NCBI GenBank assembly: GCA_028534125.1 | Contig: CM052816.1 | Coordinates: 3,722,001 to 3,786,000, forward strand | Reading direction: 5' to 3' | Source: Lama glama | Lineage: Eukaryota | DNA length: 64,000 nt | Part shown: in pieces, positions 51,470-64,000 of the stretch | Position numbering within the stretch: position 1 is the stretch's first letter | Layout: each line of letters starts with the position of its first letter | Made by a program: the position numbers and the translations under genes | The notes under the pieces: generated by a model | The model's database searches: none | The model's input: only the letters and a program-made list of their open reading frames with translations | What the model was told of the DNA's origin: nothing

Positions 51470-52300
51470 ATGTAAGAGGGAAGATATGATTACTTACTAA
51501 GTATGCATGTTATGAATTAAAGTGTTCATTAAACAAATGAAACACAATCTATGGTCCTGAAATCAGTGGAGGAGAAAGAGAAGGAACAGAAAAAAATTCA
51601 TCCACCAGAAGGAGAGACAAAGGTTTTAAAAAATAAATTTAAAAGAAGCAAAGAAAGACAATACTAGAGAATAAACACAAACCAAGATGGTGGCAGTAAA
51701 AAATATCCTCAATATATATATAAAAAATCAAAGTCAAGGCTATGCTATTTACAAAAGAAACATGTAAGGCAAAACCACACATAAAGGTTGAAAATAAAGA
51801 TTATGGCAAAAAGATGTTCCAAATATTTACTAAGGGAAGGCTGGTGTATCAATGTTAATATAAGACAAATACTAGTATTTAAGGCAAAAGGTATTAATGC
51901 ATAGGTAGAAACTACATATAAAATAAAATCTCTAACAAGAAGTTATACAAATCATGACTAGACACTTATCAACGCAGCTTAAAAACTGTCATTAAAAGTT
52001 GTCAGCAGCAGGAGGCGAATTTGGCAAACCCTAGTGTGAGATTTTAACAAAAGTCTATTAGAAAATGATAGAATCTGCCAAGCAAATAACATCAAGGATG
52101 TGAATGGTCTGAATAATAATACTGAACTAGCTTGAGGGGCCCACGTGATTCCCGGATACACTAAAGCGTTCACAAAAATTGACACTGTGCTAGTTCACAG
52201 GAATTGCAAACAAGCGGTGCTCATACAGAACACATTTTCTGACCGCAGTGCAATTAAATTATAAATCAAAGAAGACAGATAATTAAAAACCAGCCTATCC
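51470..52300 (+). mobile_element. Degraded old L1 (inter-ORF and endonuclease region)
   Basis: A-rich, with tatgctatttacaaaagaaacat, gttcacaaaaattgacactgtgctag and tctgaccgcagtgcaattaaatt resembling ORF2 endonuclease-domain DNA. Confidence 0.55.
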
Positions 52301-52324
52301 CGGACATATAAAAATAGCTGTTGT

Positions 52325-52950
52325 AGTCCATATTGATTCCCCTGCTTCTGCTCCTGCCCTCCTGAAGTCTATTATCCCCAAAGCAGTCAGAGTAATTCTT
52401 TTCAAATTCAACACAGATTATGTCACTTGCCACGGAGGAGAAAAAAAAAAATCCCCCAGTAGCTCTCTATCACAACTAGGCTTAAATTCAAACTCCAGAC
52501 TGCAAGATTCCATGCGATGCAGTCTCTTCCCACCTCTCCAATCTTTATTCCCTACCAGGCCCCTCACTCCATTGTTATTGCTACTCCAGGGAGGCTGGCC
52601 TTCTTTTCTTCAAACAACCCCCATCCTGGGGTATTTGCATTTCCTATTCCTTGTGCTTGGAATGACTTTCCCCAGATGTCCACCTGGCTAATGCAGTAAC
52701 CTCTTCATCTTTTTTTTTAATAGCTTTTGGAGAAAGAACAGGGAAGCTTTCTTTTTCTCCATTTACCTTAGTACAACATAACATGTCTTATGTATCTATT
52801 TGCTTGTGTTTTAAAAATCTGTCTCTCCTGTAGAGCAACAAAAGATCACTGAGGGCAGGGGCTTTTGTTTTATCCCTCACTGTGTCTTCAGTGTCTAAAA
52901 CAGCGTCGCATACAAGGTAGATATGAAAAATGCTTGTCAGATGAATGAAT
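52325..52950 (+). mobile_element. L2 3' region
   Basis: Motifs gcagtcagagtaattcttttcaaa, cactgagggcaggggcttttgt and terminal gatgaatgaat. Confidence 0.7.
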
Positions 52951-53044
52951 ACCAACGTCAACATGAGTTTGTTGACTTAACTGATTGCCAGAGGAGTCCA
53001 TACGCTTTTAGACTCTAGAACCTAAAACAGTGAAGAACAGGCAG

Positions 53045-53175
53045 ATGGTGCTGCTTTACCAGGTATAGTCAGGGCACATCTGGAATACTGTGTGCAGATC
53101 TGGACCCTACACATTACAGGAGGCAGAAAAAGGGGAGCAATCAAGACAGTAAATACAGGATGGCCATAAAGTCTG
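53045..53175 (+). mobile_element. CR1/L3 LINE fragment; likely resumes at ~54590-54800
   Basis: gtcagggcacatctggaatactgtgtgcagatctggac resembles the L3 RT C-terminal (RPHLEYCVQFW-like) coding DNA. Confidence 0.55.
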
Positions 53176-53694
53176 TCACCACTGGTGTATGTACATAAAA
53201 AATGACTTTATGGTACTATGTCACAATGTATGCTGTGTTATATGTATGGTCACTGTGCTGTTTTTCAGTATCAAGGCATAGCTCAATGAACTTAGAAATT
53301 GCAATAAATGTGGTGTGTTAACAAACTTCCCTTAACCCTGCACGAACATCTGTGACGCATTGTCACAGACGATTCATGTCTCTTTATTACAGAATAAGCC
53401 TGCACACTTAGCAAGTCAGAAGGGTTTAAATGTGGCACACAGGGAACCCACGACCCACGTTCACACAGCCAATCCAGGTTCAGAGATGAGCAGCCGAGCA
53501 GACTCTTACCACTCTGGTGTGGAATGATGGAACCACTCTGAGTCAAGGCAGTCAGTATGGGTGTTAACTTGTCACGTACATGTTCAAGTGTGTCTGTTAG
53601 TCACTTATGTTTCCAGACTTTATGGTCACCCTGTATATCCTACAATGCTTGTCAGTGGCTCAGTGGGGGAAGAACAGAAACTGGGGCCACTTAA

Positions 53695-53925
53695 GGGCAA
53701 TGATAAGGACTCTGGAATTAGGCTACCTGAGCCTGACTTCTGTCCCTACCTTGTGGAAGCTCCATGTAAACCATTACTCAGTTCCTTTGTGGCTCAGGTT
53801 CTGTATCCATATAATAGAAATAAAAGTGATCCTACTCTGTAGGTTCTTATGAGGATGACATAATGTCAGAAAAGCAATGGGAACTGTGCCTAGCAGATAG
53901 CACACTGCAAATCCATCTTAGCCAC
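53695..53925 (+). mobile_element. MIR SINE
   Basis: ggactctggaattaggctacctgag...gttcttatgaggatgac...gtgcctagcagatag. Confidence 0.55.
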
Positions 53926-54124
53926 TGGTGGCGACGGGACTGATCATCATAATCACATTATCATCACGTATCACCTATCACTTACTGACCGCAATCTCTG
54001 GGCTGCTTAGCTCAAGGTTTCAGGAAAAAGTTGAATTTATCATGTGCAAGGGTTTACACATTCCAGTTAGCTTTATATCATACTTTGGACAAATTACCAA
54101 TACTGAGTTTATTTTGTTAATAGC

Positions 54125-54512
54125 TTTGTGTCACCCTGGAGAGTGTTTTTGGATGAGATGTATATTTAAATCAGTGAACTTTGAGTAAAGCATACTGCCA
54201 TGTATAACATGGGTGGGCCACACCCAATTAATTGAAGTCCTGAACAGAACAAAAGGCTGACCTCCCTCAGCAAGAGGGAATTCTATAGCAGATGACCTTC
54301 GGACTTCAGCTGCACATTGGCTTCCAGCTGGCCAGCCCACTTTGCAGATCTTGGACTTGCCAGCCTCCATAATCTCCTGAGCCAATTCCTTAAAAGTATC
54401 TATCTATCTACCTACCTACCCACCCACCCACCCACCCATATCCATTCAACCATCCATCCATCCACACACACACAAACACCTGGTTCTGTTTCTCTGGAGA
54501 ATCTTGATACAT
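54125..54512 (+). mobile_element. MLT2 (ERVL) LTR
   Basis: gtgtttttggatgagat...tttaaatcagtgaactttgagtaaagca...gggtgggccacacccaat...tggttctgtttctctggagaa. Confidence 0.8.
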
Positions 54513-56229
54513 GCAGTAGAAATAGTGAAAGAGCACAAGTGGGCAAACACTGCCACAGAATTATTTCACATGAGAAAAGATGGGAAGAAATGGGAGCATC
54601 CAGCCGAGGGAAGCCTAGCGAAGATGTAAGAACTATTTACAAGTAATCAAAGGGCTGTCTTAGGAAGAGAAACGGAACTTATTCTGGATGTCTCTGAGGA
54701 GTGTGTTAATTTCTGGGTGAACCATGGATACAGAGAGATGTCAACCTGATGAGAGGAGAAACTTCTAATAGCCAAGTGGTTCCCAAGGTTGGAACAAGAG
54801 GAAGAGGCCTGGTTCCCAAGCTCTGTGACTCAGTAGTGTTCTAGACGATTTTAGGTGTCACAGAGCAGGGCATTAATACGTGTAACAGAGTAAACTAACT
54901 ATACTTCAATTTAAAAAATGTAAAAACAAAAGATTTATGGCCTTTCATCTCACTTCTACCCTTCATGATGTTAAAGATAGTATTTCATCTGAGGCCTACA
55001 ATGATACCAATGTCTCCACAACACTCCCACATTTTCATTTTTACCAAAGATAGAGTTGGCCTCAAACTTCCTATCTGGCTATTTAGTTATTTTTAGTTAT
55101 TTTTCACATCTGCCTTCTGATCCAGGGGAAATCATGCTGGTTTTTCACTTACAGCAGTATTATATTTCTCTTTTAAAGTATCAAAGGAACACAGGAGTCC
55201 TGTAAAAAGAAAATATTAAATAAAGCTAATAAGGAGGACACATTGTTAGGCCTCAAATCATGCCAGGGTACCCAGATGACTCAAGTGTGGGTAACACATG
55301 ATGGGGGCGTTCAAGCAAAGGCTAGGGGACCGCAGACCACTGAATGGATTCAGCACAGGGTGAGTGTGAGGACTGGGTTAGTTTTAGGCTGTTTCTTCAA
55401 TCCTGAGAATTTGATGATTCTACAACATGCTGGGCCCTTTAAAGCTGGTGTGCTCTGACCCCAATAATAAAATAATATGCCATCTAAAACAGCTAAAATA
55501 CACCATGTAAGCAACTTTCAGAAGCCAACGCCAGAAATATCTTCATTTTGGTAGGTAACTATTGCTTTTTTTAAAAGCATATTTTATTTAAGAATAAAGT
55601 CTGAATAAAACACCAAACAATTAGGTTTTCACCTCTTTGATTCATGTAATTTGGTCAACAAGCATGTGTAGGACTGTAATGATGGACAGATCTATGACAC
55701 GAGTTGAAAGAGAATAATCCAGTGCTGGCAGGTTTTTTTCTTTAATTACTGAAATTGAAATGACTTTCCCTTATAATTATTTTTATAGGTTCTCTGAAGA
55801 ACTGTCAAACTGCATTTCCTCAAGGTTAATATTTGAACAAATCTATTACTTACTGTGGAAAGTAAAATGTTCACAAAACCTAAATACAACCCAAAAAGCA
55901 AATTGTTGGGCAAACAAAATGATTAGCTTAATTTAGGACAAATGAAACAGAATGAGATGAAAATGTACAGCAGAAAACACTCCACCTTTATGATTCTAGG
56001 GGAGAAAAGTCAACAGCAATTTCTGTTCTGTGAGCTCTGAGGCTGTCCTGTTAATTTAGGCAAATCCAGTCCCAAGTCTCTGAACCTTCAGATCTCTCTT
56101 CTGTACAGTCTAGGAGCACAGAAGGGACTTTCTACCCTTGAGTCTCTCCTTGATTATAAAACAATGAGATTTCTAAATTCAAGCAGTTAATGTGCTGTAA
56201 GATTCTTAAAATGTGTTTTGATTCAATCA

Positions 56230-56632
56230 CCATATGGATGGGTTAAAAAAAGTGATACATGCACACAATGGAGTATTACTCAGCCATAAAAAGGGAGTAA
56301 ATTCTGACACATGTTACAACGTGGATAAACCTTCAGGACATCATAAATGAAATAAGGCAGTCACAAAAGGGCACAAGCTGTATGACTCCGCTTACATAAG
56401 GCACCCAGAGAAGTCAAATTCATAGAGACAGAAAAGGGAATGGTGGGTTTCAGGGCCTAGCAGGAGAGTGGAGTGGGGATTTAGTGTTTAGTGGGGACAG
56501 AGTTTCAGTTCTGCAAGATGAAGAGAGTTCTGGAGATGGATGGTGGAAACGGTTGCACAAAAATGTGAGTGCACTTAATTTGATCTGTACGTGTAAAAAC
56601 GGTTTAAGTGTGTTTTACCACAATAAACATTT
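56230..56632 (+). mobile_element. Old L1 (L1MB-like) 3' end
   Basis: Motifs acaatggagtattactcagccataaaaag, gtcaaattcatagagacagaaa and agagtttcagttctgcaagatgaagagagttctggagatgg. Confidence 0.82.
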
Positions 56633-57249
56633 TTTTCAAAAATGCACTGTGACCTTGGGAGAGTTAAAAAAAAAGTATTTGGATATAACTGATTCTTCTC
56701 TATTTTTTTTCTTATTTTCCAATAAATCGATTCACCAACCAACCAACAAACCAGCATCTCAAAGGACTACATTCATCTCCCGCTAAGCATCCTATTTCTC
56801 TTCCTCATTCTTTGATGAAGATTCCAGACAGGACAGACAGAGGGTGTGGCAAATCTCTTTTTGACTTAGCCTGAAAAATGTGCGGGAGTGAGGAGAGAAC
56901 AGTCTTAAGGGAGCTTTCCTCACTGCACAGACCACATCCTCACAGCACAGTTCAGAGTCAGACCATTGGGGTCTGACTCCCGGATTAACACTGAGGGAAT
57001 ATGCGAGCTCGGGAGCATCACTTGGTCTCTCCATGCCTCAGATTATCTGTCAAACAGAGCTAAGAATTACACCTCTCTCAGAGTTGTGATGGGTACTTTT
57101 CACAGTGCCTGTTTCAGAGTAAGTGTTAATAATTGTCTGTTATCACCATCTTCCTCCTGTTAACAGCTCTTTGAATTAATTAGGTAAATATTGTTATTAT
57201 CATCCAAGAAATTAAAGGTAGGTGAAAGAACGCTCTTTGCACTATCTTC

Positions 57250-58215
57250 AGAATCTGACCCCTTCTTACCACCCATGGTTCAGGCCCCCCCCACCTGCTC
57301 CCCAGAATTCTGAACAGCCTCCCACTGGTCTCCCTGCTTTTATCCATGCCTCCCTCTCCACAATCTCTGCACCACTGTTGTCCTAAAACAGTAACCTAGG
57401 TAGTCCTTTGGAAAATCTAAATCAGATACTGTGGGTTTTTTCTGCAAAATATTTCAGTGTCTCCTCCTTGCCCTCAGAGTAAAAGCTAAAGCCTTCACAA
57501 CGGCCTGCAAGGTCCTGCGTGGGTCCGGTCCCCGTGACGTGTCTGACCTCATCTCCTTGTGCTGTCCCCTTAGTCACTGCCGTAGTCACACTGGCTTCCT
57601 CTGTGTTCCTCAACGAGAAAGGCTGATCCTGCCTCAGGGCTTTTGTACCTCAGCCTGGTACTTCTGTACTTCCCCCAACAAACATCCTCATACCTAATTC
57701 CCTCACCAACTCCGTGTCTTTGCTCAAACGGCAACTTCCCAGGAGGCAACCCTGATCCCCCCAACTTATTCCTACAACCTCTCTCACTCCCCCTGGCCCT
57801 TCATATCCTGTACACCAGGCTGCATTTTTCTCTCTTCCCCACAGTATTGTTGCCTTCTCATATACATAATTGACTTACTTTATTATATTCACTATTTTAA
57901 ACGTTTTTTTTTCTTTTTTTAAATCGATGTGTATTTGACTTACAATATTATAGATGTAAGTTTCAGATTATAGCAGTGACTCATCATTTTTAAAGGCTAA
58001 ACTCCATGTATAGTTACTATGAAATAAATACTGGTTGTATTTCCTGTGTTGTACAAGATCTTTTGTGTATTGGTCGCTGTTTCTCCCAACAAGAAATTAA
58101 GCTCCCAAAGTACAGGATCTTGGTCTGTTTTGGTCTCTAATGCATCTCAAGAAGCTCCAACAGTGCTTGGCACATAGAAAGTGCTCAGTAGATACTTCTT
58201 CAATAAAAGAATAAA
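57250..58215 (+). mobile_element. L2 3' region
   Basis: Motifs ctcccactggtctccctgctt, cacactggcttcctctgtgttcctcaa and acagtgcttggcacatagaaagtgctcagta. Confidence 0.75.
57905..58060 (-). mobile_element. L1 3'-end fragment nested in L2
   Basis: PolyT followed by gtgtatttgacttacaatatt...tttcctgtgttgtacaa, resembling L1 3'UTR. Confidence 0.6.
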
Positions 58216-60543
58216 ATTCATTTCTTTATTTATCAAGTGCCCGACTATGTATACCCTATGTGCTCAGGGCTCAGCATGGGTTGTCTTATTTAATCTTCAT
58301 GACGATCCTTTAATATGATGGATACTACCCCTGTTTTTAAAGAGAAGGTAGCTGAAATTCAAAGAAAAAAGTCAAGTAACATATTCAAGATCACGGACAT
58401 GAGGGCTGGGATTGAGACCTAAGTCCTAGACTCTAAATTTAGTGTTCTTTCTGTAGGACTGCATTTTAGAATGTCAATGAAAAAAAAAAAAAGAATGTGA
58501 TGTGTAACAAAAACTGGTCCATTTGCAGATTGCACCTCTACTGGAAGGGCTGACCTGGGGAACCTGCTTAGACACTGGAAAACCAGTTAAGTCTACTCAA
58601 TACCATTAAGTTGATTGTTTCTGCCTTCAGAAGCAGATGACACTGACCCCTACCCTGAAAGGAGCAGTTCTGATCTGTGTTCCAACACATCAAAACTAAG
58701 TTACCCAAGCTTGAGTAGTCAGCAAAACCTTCCCAAGAGCTTCTCTGCTTCTCCTGTTTGGACTAACGGAAGGATGGATACATTTCAGCCAGTCTCTTGC
58801 TACTGCCCCGCTTGTTAATTCCCTTCAGATAAAGAACCATTTTTTACTTCTCCATAGTCAGGCAAGGATGAATATTTCTATCAATAGCTCAAACATGGCT
58901 TGAATCAACCCTGGGAGAATCTCCACAAAGCCAGACACAGAAGGGCCTCAAAGATCACCTACTCTGACTTCTTCATTTGCAGAGGGGGAAACTGAGGGCC
59001 AGGGTTGAGAAATGACCTCTGAAAAGGCCCACTGTGTAGAAGAATGAACTCCTGCCAACAGAAGGACATGGTGTTCTGCACACAGGGGAGGAGTTACAAC
59101 AGGAACATCTGTCCACGAGTTCTTTAATTCAGTCTTATCCCAAATTAGGACTGATTTTTACCTCCGCGTTTTTCTCCTCCACGTGGAGTGAATACTATGT
59201 ATGTGACTGTTACTGAACCTTCGTGGCTAATAAATCATTACACCAGCAGCATTACTACTGAGTATATACTTTGTGCTTGAGTTAGAGCTTTCCATGCACT
59301 GGACCATTTCAATCCAAAAACAATCTCGTTAATTATAAACACGATCAACCTTTATCTGTCTTTCAGAGAAGAAAACTACAGATTAAGGGTGTAAACTGAC
59401 TCACCTAAGTTCACGTAGAGAACCACAGGCAGTAGACAAATTTAAACTGGCCAGAAACTTGTCTACTCTGAAGCCGATGTCCATAATGACTTTACTACAC
59501 TATGTTGTTTCTTATTAAAATCCAGTTCAACTTTGTTTTCCCGTATAAAGCCTTTCAGTTGTATGGATTCCATGAGCCTCCTTCATCACAGCATAAACAC
59601 AGCCCACAGTTGCCTTAATGCCACCACCATATGGAAACTTGTGTCAACACTTAGCAGGATTTCTGGGTGCAGCCCAAACTAACTTTGAGAAATGGGAGGA
59701 TTTCTTTCCAGATTCCCCTCTGCAACTGGCTGATGCAACATTATTTAAATTTAATTGCATTCCATGGAGAGCGAGGGCTTTTCCACTTCCGAGGGGTTTG
59801 GTTACTGCTCCGCAACCGAGAATTTGGGGGAGGGCGCAGCTCTCGCAGAGAAGAGAAAAATGACATTACAGCATGTTTGCTTCTATTAAGGGATGCAAGA
59901 GGAAACTGTTACATCTGGCTCCGTTTCCTTGCCAAATTCTTTAATTGTTTTGTAATTCGAAGGAAAAAAAAAAGGTGATGAAAGAAAACTGAGAGAAATA
60001 ACTAAATGTAAATGAAACAAGATCATAACAGAATCCTAACTCCATCACCATGGCGATGCATATTTATATTTCTAAACTCTGACCTCTATTATCACCGGAG
60101 GTTTTTTATGAAAATTTCTGATATTGACCTTTCTGCTCTCCATTGGAAGGAACAATATGAAAATATCCGTAATTTTTCACCTCTTAGTACTGATAAATAT
60201 CATTAGACAGAAAATGACACTGTTTTATAATAACGCAGTGTTCTCAGTACCTTTAGAATCTAGAGTTAAAAGTCCTCCTGAAACACATTTGGGAAGGTAA
60301 ACTCCTAGGTCTCTAACAGACTCAGGATTAGAGCGGACACATGTTTCCTATGAAGATGCAGGAACTGGACACCCTGCCTAACCAGCACCATTCCTGAGGT
60401 CTCCGCACAACCCTTCAGTTCTCCCAGGACCCCAGAGAGGTAGGCATCACTATTTCCACTTCACAGATGGGAAACTGAGGACAGCCAGGTAACTCACTCC
60501 AGGTCTCACAGCTAGAAAGCAGCAAATCTGAAACTTTTTATTT

Positions 60544-61043
60544 NNNNNNNNNNNNNNNNNNNNNNNNNNNNNNNNNNNNNNNNNNNNNNNNNNNNNNNNN
60601 NNNNNNNNNNNNNNNNNNNNNNNNNNNNNNNNNNNNNNNNNNNNNNNNNNNNNNNNNNNNNNNNNNNNNNNNNNNNNNNNNNNNNNNNNNNNNNNNNNNN
60701 NNNNNNNNNNNNNNNNNNNNNNNNNNNNNNNNNNNNNNNNNNNNNNNNNNNNNNNNNNNNNNNNNNNNNNNNNNNNNNNNNNNNNNNNNNNNNNNNNNNN
60801 NNNNNNNNNNNNNNNNNNNNNNNNNNNNNNNNNNNNNNNNNNNNNNNNNNNNNNNNNNNNNNNNNNNNNNNNNNNNNNNNNNNNNNNNNNNNNNNNNNNN
60901 NNNNNNNNNNNNNNNNNNNNNNNNNNNNNNNNNNNNNNNNNNNNNNNNNNNNNNNNNNNNNNNNNNNNNNNNNNNNNNNNNNNNNNNNNNNNNNNNNNNN
61001 NNNNNNNNNNNNNNNNNNNNNNNNNNNNNNNNNNNNNNNNNNN
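60544..61043. other. Assembly gap (500 N)
   Basis: Run of exactly 500 N. Confidence 0.99.
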
Positions 61044-62194
61044 ATTGGATGAACATTTGTAGGCAAGTAGTTAAACAGCATAATCATATGTTTAATAGGT
61101 TTATAAAATCCAGGGCTGTAAAATGCCACCACCGTTGCATCTAGGCAGACAATCTGAGCTTACCCTGCTTTGATCATGGACATGCTCTACACTCTGTTTT
61201 CACTGGGGGGGAACGAACAAAAAACAAAAACATAGAACAGATGTTTTCCTTAAGTATCAATCTGTGATCAAAGATGATCTTGTACCTTGGACAAGGTAAC
61301 ACCATATTTAAATTCTCATGAAATATTAAATATTCCTAAAAACACTGAACATATTTCTCAGATTTTAGTTGATACTTAAAACATGTTTGGACTTTGTCTT
61401 TTGACACAGGGAAGAGAATGAGGTAGTGGCAAGAAAAGGATGATCAAAATAACTTCCCGTCTGAGTTGGCAACTTCTGTAAATTGGCCTGACCTTCAATA
61501 GTTCAGGGTTAAAGTTCTGTGATGCCACCTGGATAAATGGTATTTTAGAGGGTTACATTGTAAGTTCTTCCAGGATGCTTGGAGCAGTCATCTCCTCCTG
61601 TAGGATCTCAGGCACGTGCTGTCCTCTCCCAGCGGCCTCTCTTCACTTCCTTTCTCCCCCTTTTCCTCCTCCCAGCTCAATAACAGTCACCTCACACAAT
61701 ATCACCGGTGAGGGTTCATTAATGCTCCCTGACACCATCACTTGACTCAGTGCTCTGCACTCATTGCCTCATTTAATTCTCTCACCAGTGTAAGGAAGAA
61801 GGGTTCATTCTCCCCATCTTATAAACAAGAAAAACAAAACATAGAGGAAAAGTGACTTGGCCCAGATCCCATGCCGAGTGGGTGGCTGAGCCAGCCCTGG
61901 TCACAAGCAAATCCAATCACCCACAACTTCGACTTAATTATCAATACCCAATTTCCCCGGGAGTATGGTCTTTGGCCCCCTATGTCCTTTTCCTCTCTTC
62001 ACATGTACTTGGTAAATTCTTCCTTTGGGTGTTCTCATAATCCAACTTATGTTCCATTTGGTGTTCAACCACCCAAACACTAAATCAATGATTTGAATGG
62101 TCATTGGCTCAAAATGCACAAGGTATTACCTTGAACTCATCATATTCCATACTTGTCTGATAATCTTTTTTTTATTCCAAAAATTGTGTGTGGG

Positions 62195-62660
62195 ATATTG
62201 TGGCTAAGAACCCAACAGCCCGCCTACCAAACAGACCTTATCTACATTGTCAGTGAGGGGTTCAGGGAATGGAGTGTAGGGCAGGGTGCTAAGTCAGTCT
62301 GGGCCAGTAATATATGAAGAGAGGATTTCTGGCAGTTCCTAGGAAAGAAACACTGTTCACCTTTAGTGCATCGGGCTGTGTCTATCACTGGACACAAATA
62401 AGGAAGAGGTTAGACACAGCCTCTGTTGACAGCCATCTTATAACCTGCAGGGGAACCAGTCTAACGCTGCGGGTGACACGTCCAAAGCCCAGAAGGAACT
62501 GAGTCCGTGATGACACTGGAAGTTACCGAATCAACCAAACCTAGTCTGACTCGTCTCAAGGCCACCTGTCACGTGAGCTAACAGGTTTTCTTCATGCTCA
62601 AGCCAGCTGAAGTGGGCATATTTGATACTTGCAGCCCAAAGCATCATAACTAACAAAGAT
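62195..62660. mobile_element. Old MaLR/ERVL LTR remnant
   Basis: gacagccatcttataacctgcagggg...tcaagccagctgaagtgggc...acttgcagcccaaagcatcataactaa. Confidence 0.5.
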
Positions 62661-62802
62661 TTAAGTCTTTCTCCATTTACATAGACCTGAGTCCTTGAGG
62701 ACAATTTTTAATATTCCCAGGCTTCTATTGATGTAAAAAATGATACCAACATTGCCTGCATCTTTTAGTTCAGCGATTCTTCTTTATTAAACACCCCTGG
62801 AA

Positions 62803-63020
62803 CTGTGGTTCTCAGCCAGCGTGATTCTGCCCCCCCCCCCAAGGAGGCATCTGGCCTCGTTGAGAGTTGTTCTGCTTATCACAGCTGAGGAAGAGGGGCT
62901 GTTAGTTTCCAGAGGACAGAGGTGAAGGATGCCTGCTAAACAGCCTACAGTACACAGGACAGCCCTGCAACAATGGCTTACCCATCCCCGAACGGCAGCA
63001 GTGCCCAGGTTCAGAAACTT
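62803..63020. mobile_element. MER20-like MITE, opposite orientation to the 11961 copy
   Basis: gtggttctcagcc...gatgcctgctaaacagcctacagtacacaggacagccc. Confidence 0.7.
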
Positions 63021-63748
63021 TCTCTGGAAGGATGCGCAACACGTGGGTAGTTATAGCTGCCTCAGTGGAGGGGGAATGGGTAGCGGAAACAGAAGGGTAT
63101 CAGATGTAAAACATTTACTTTAAAATAAATCATTAAATTAATTAGAAAGTATTTATAAAGGTGGGGACTTTTTAAATAAAAAAATTGGGACACACGTGCC
63201 ATTTTTCTTATTTGAAATCCTATGCATTTCTTTTCCTGCATGACAATACCTTCCTATATCCAGACACCTGTCCTAGGATTACACCAAATGCCCTACTAAT
63301 CTCGCTTCTCAGATGTCTCCCCCTAAAACTCATTTCCCCCACACTAGTTCTTTGCTCAAAAACTTGATGGCTGTGGGGGTCCACCATAACAAGTCCAGGT
63401 ACTTTTCCCGCCCCTCAAATTCTAGCTCCATTCCTGACTGTCCCACAGTATTCCTACCTGACAACGTCGTATGTAATTTAATTTCAAACTCAAGACAAAA
63501 TCTCATTTATTTCATCATCTTTCTCTAATTACCTCAGCTCATGAGCTCTATTTTTTTCCTTTTATCATATTTAGCACCAGAGGATTCAATGAAATAAAAT
63601 AATCTGAAAGTCACTCAGCATCAAGACCTCCTTCACAGATAGTAAAGTCCACAATGGATGTTAAAGGACTCATTTTATTCTGTTTTTCCACTGTCCACAG
63701 AATCTACCACAGTAGTAGGCACAATGGTGTTCAAAATACTTGCTAAGA

Positions 63749-63749
<1 letters not shown>

Positions 63750-63796
<47 letters not shown>
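63750..63796. repeat. Perfect (CA)23 microsatellite
   Basis: Uninterrupted CA run read directly. Confidence 0.95.
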
Positions 63797-63799
<3 letters not shown>

Positions 63800-64000
63800 G
63801 CCTGTTGGCTCTCCAACTAAGAAGGCAAAGTTAATTTTAAACAAGAGATAGAGATGTGAAAAAGAGAAGAAAGAAAAATGATCCTTAACACTTGTAACAT
63901 AGATATAACAGATAAATCATCATCTCTATCTATAATTCTCAGAGAACCACGCCACCTGATCTTGAATTTCCAATTATGTTTCATGGGAGGTTAACAAGCA

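Larger units (their letters stand above)
1..64000 (-). other. SGCD: SGCD gene body: part of intron 4 (64000-34846), intron 5 (34757-28007, 6751 bp) and part of intron 6 (27886-1)
   Basis: Two consecutive internal exons are present. I did not find the flanking exons (...YAKEIQSRP and GAEGTVFPKS...), consistent with the long introns known for SGCD. Confidence 0.85.

Noticed and set aside
1..64000. A novel multi-gene or RNA-guided system, CRISPR array, nested gene or processed pseudogene
   Set aside because: I found none by eye; everything recognisable is SGCD exon/intron or common mammalian repeats. Small ncRNAs cannot be excluded without an Infernal/Rfam search.

Overview
This is mammalian DNA, almost certainly camelid: it carries a Vic-1-type tRNA-derived SINE. 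The window lies inside the delta-sarcoglycan gene (SGCD) on the minus strand. Two coding exons are present with canonical splice sites: 34845-34758 (88 nt, [30 protein letters not shown]) and 28006-27887 (120 nt, [41 protein letters not shown]). They splice in frame and match human exons 5 and 6 as I recall them. The rest is intron dense in repeats: 5'-truncated L1s (several with readable target-site duplications, TSDs), three solo ERV LTRs (two from one family, each inside a MIR), older ERVL/MaLR LTRs, L2, MIR, CR1/L3, hAT and Tigger MITEs, microsatellites, and two 500-N gaps. I found no support for a new gene or new biological system. The best leads are modest: a GC/CpG-shifted patch of ancient repeats suggesting GC-biased gene conversion, two L1s truncated at the same nucleotide in similar target sites, and candidate muscle enhancers in repeat-free sequence. 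Repeat family names come from recalled consensus motifs, not a database search, and boundaries of old repeats are approximate.
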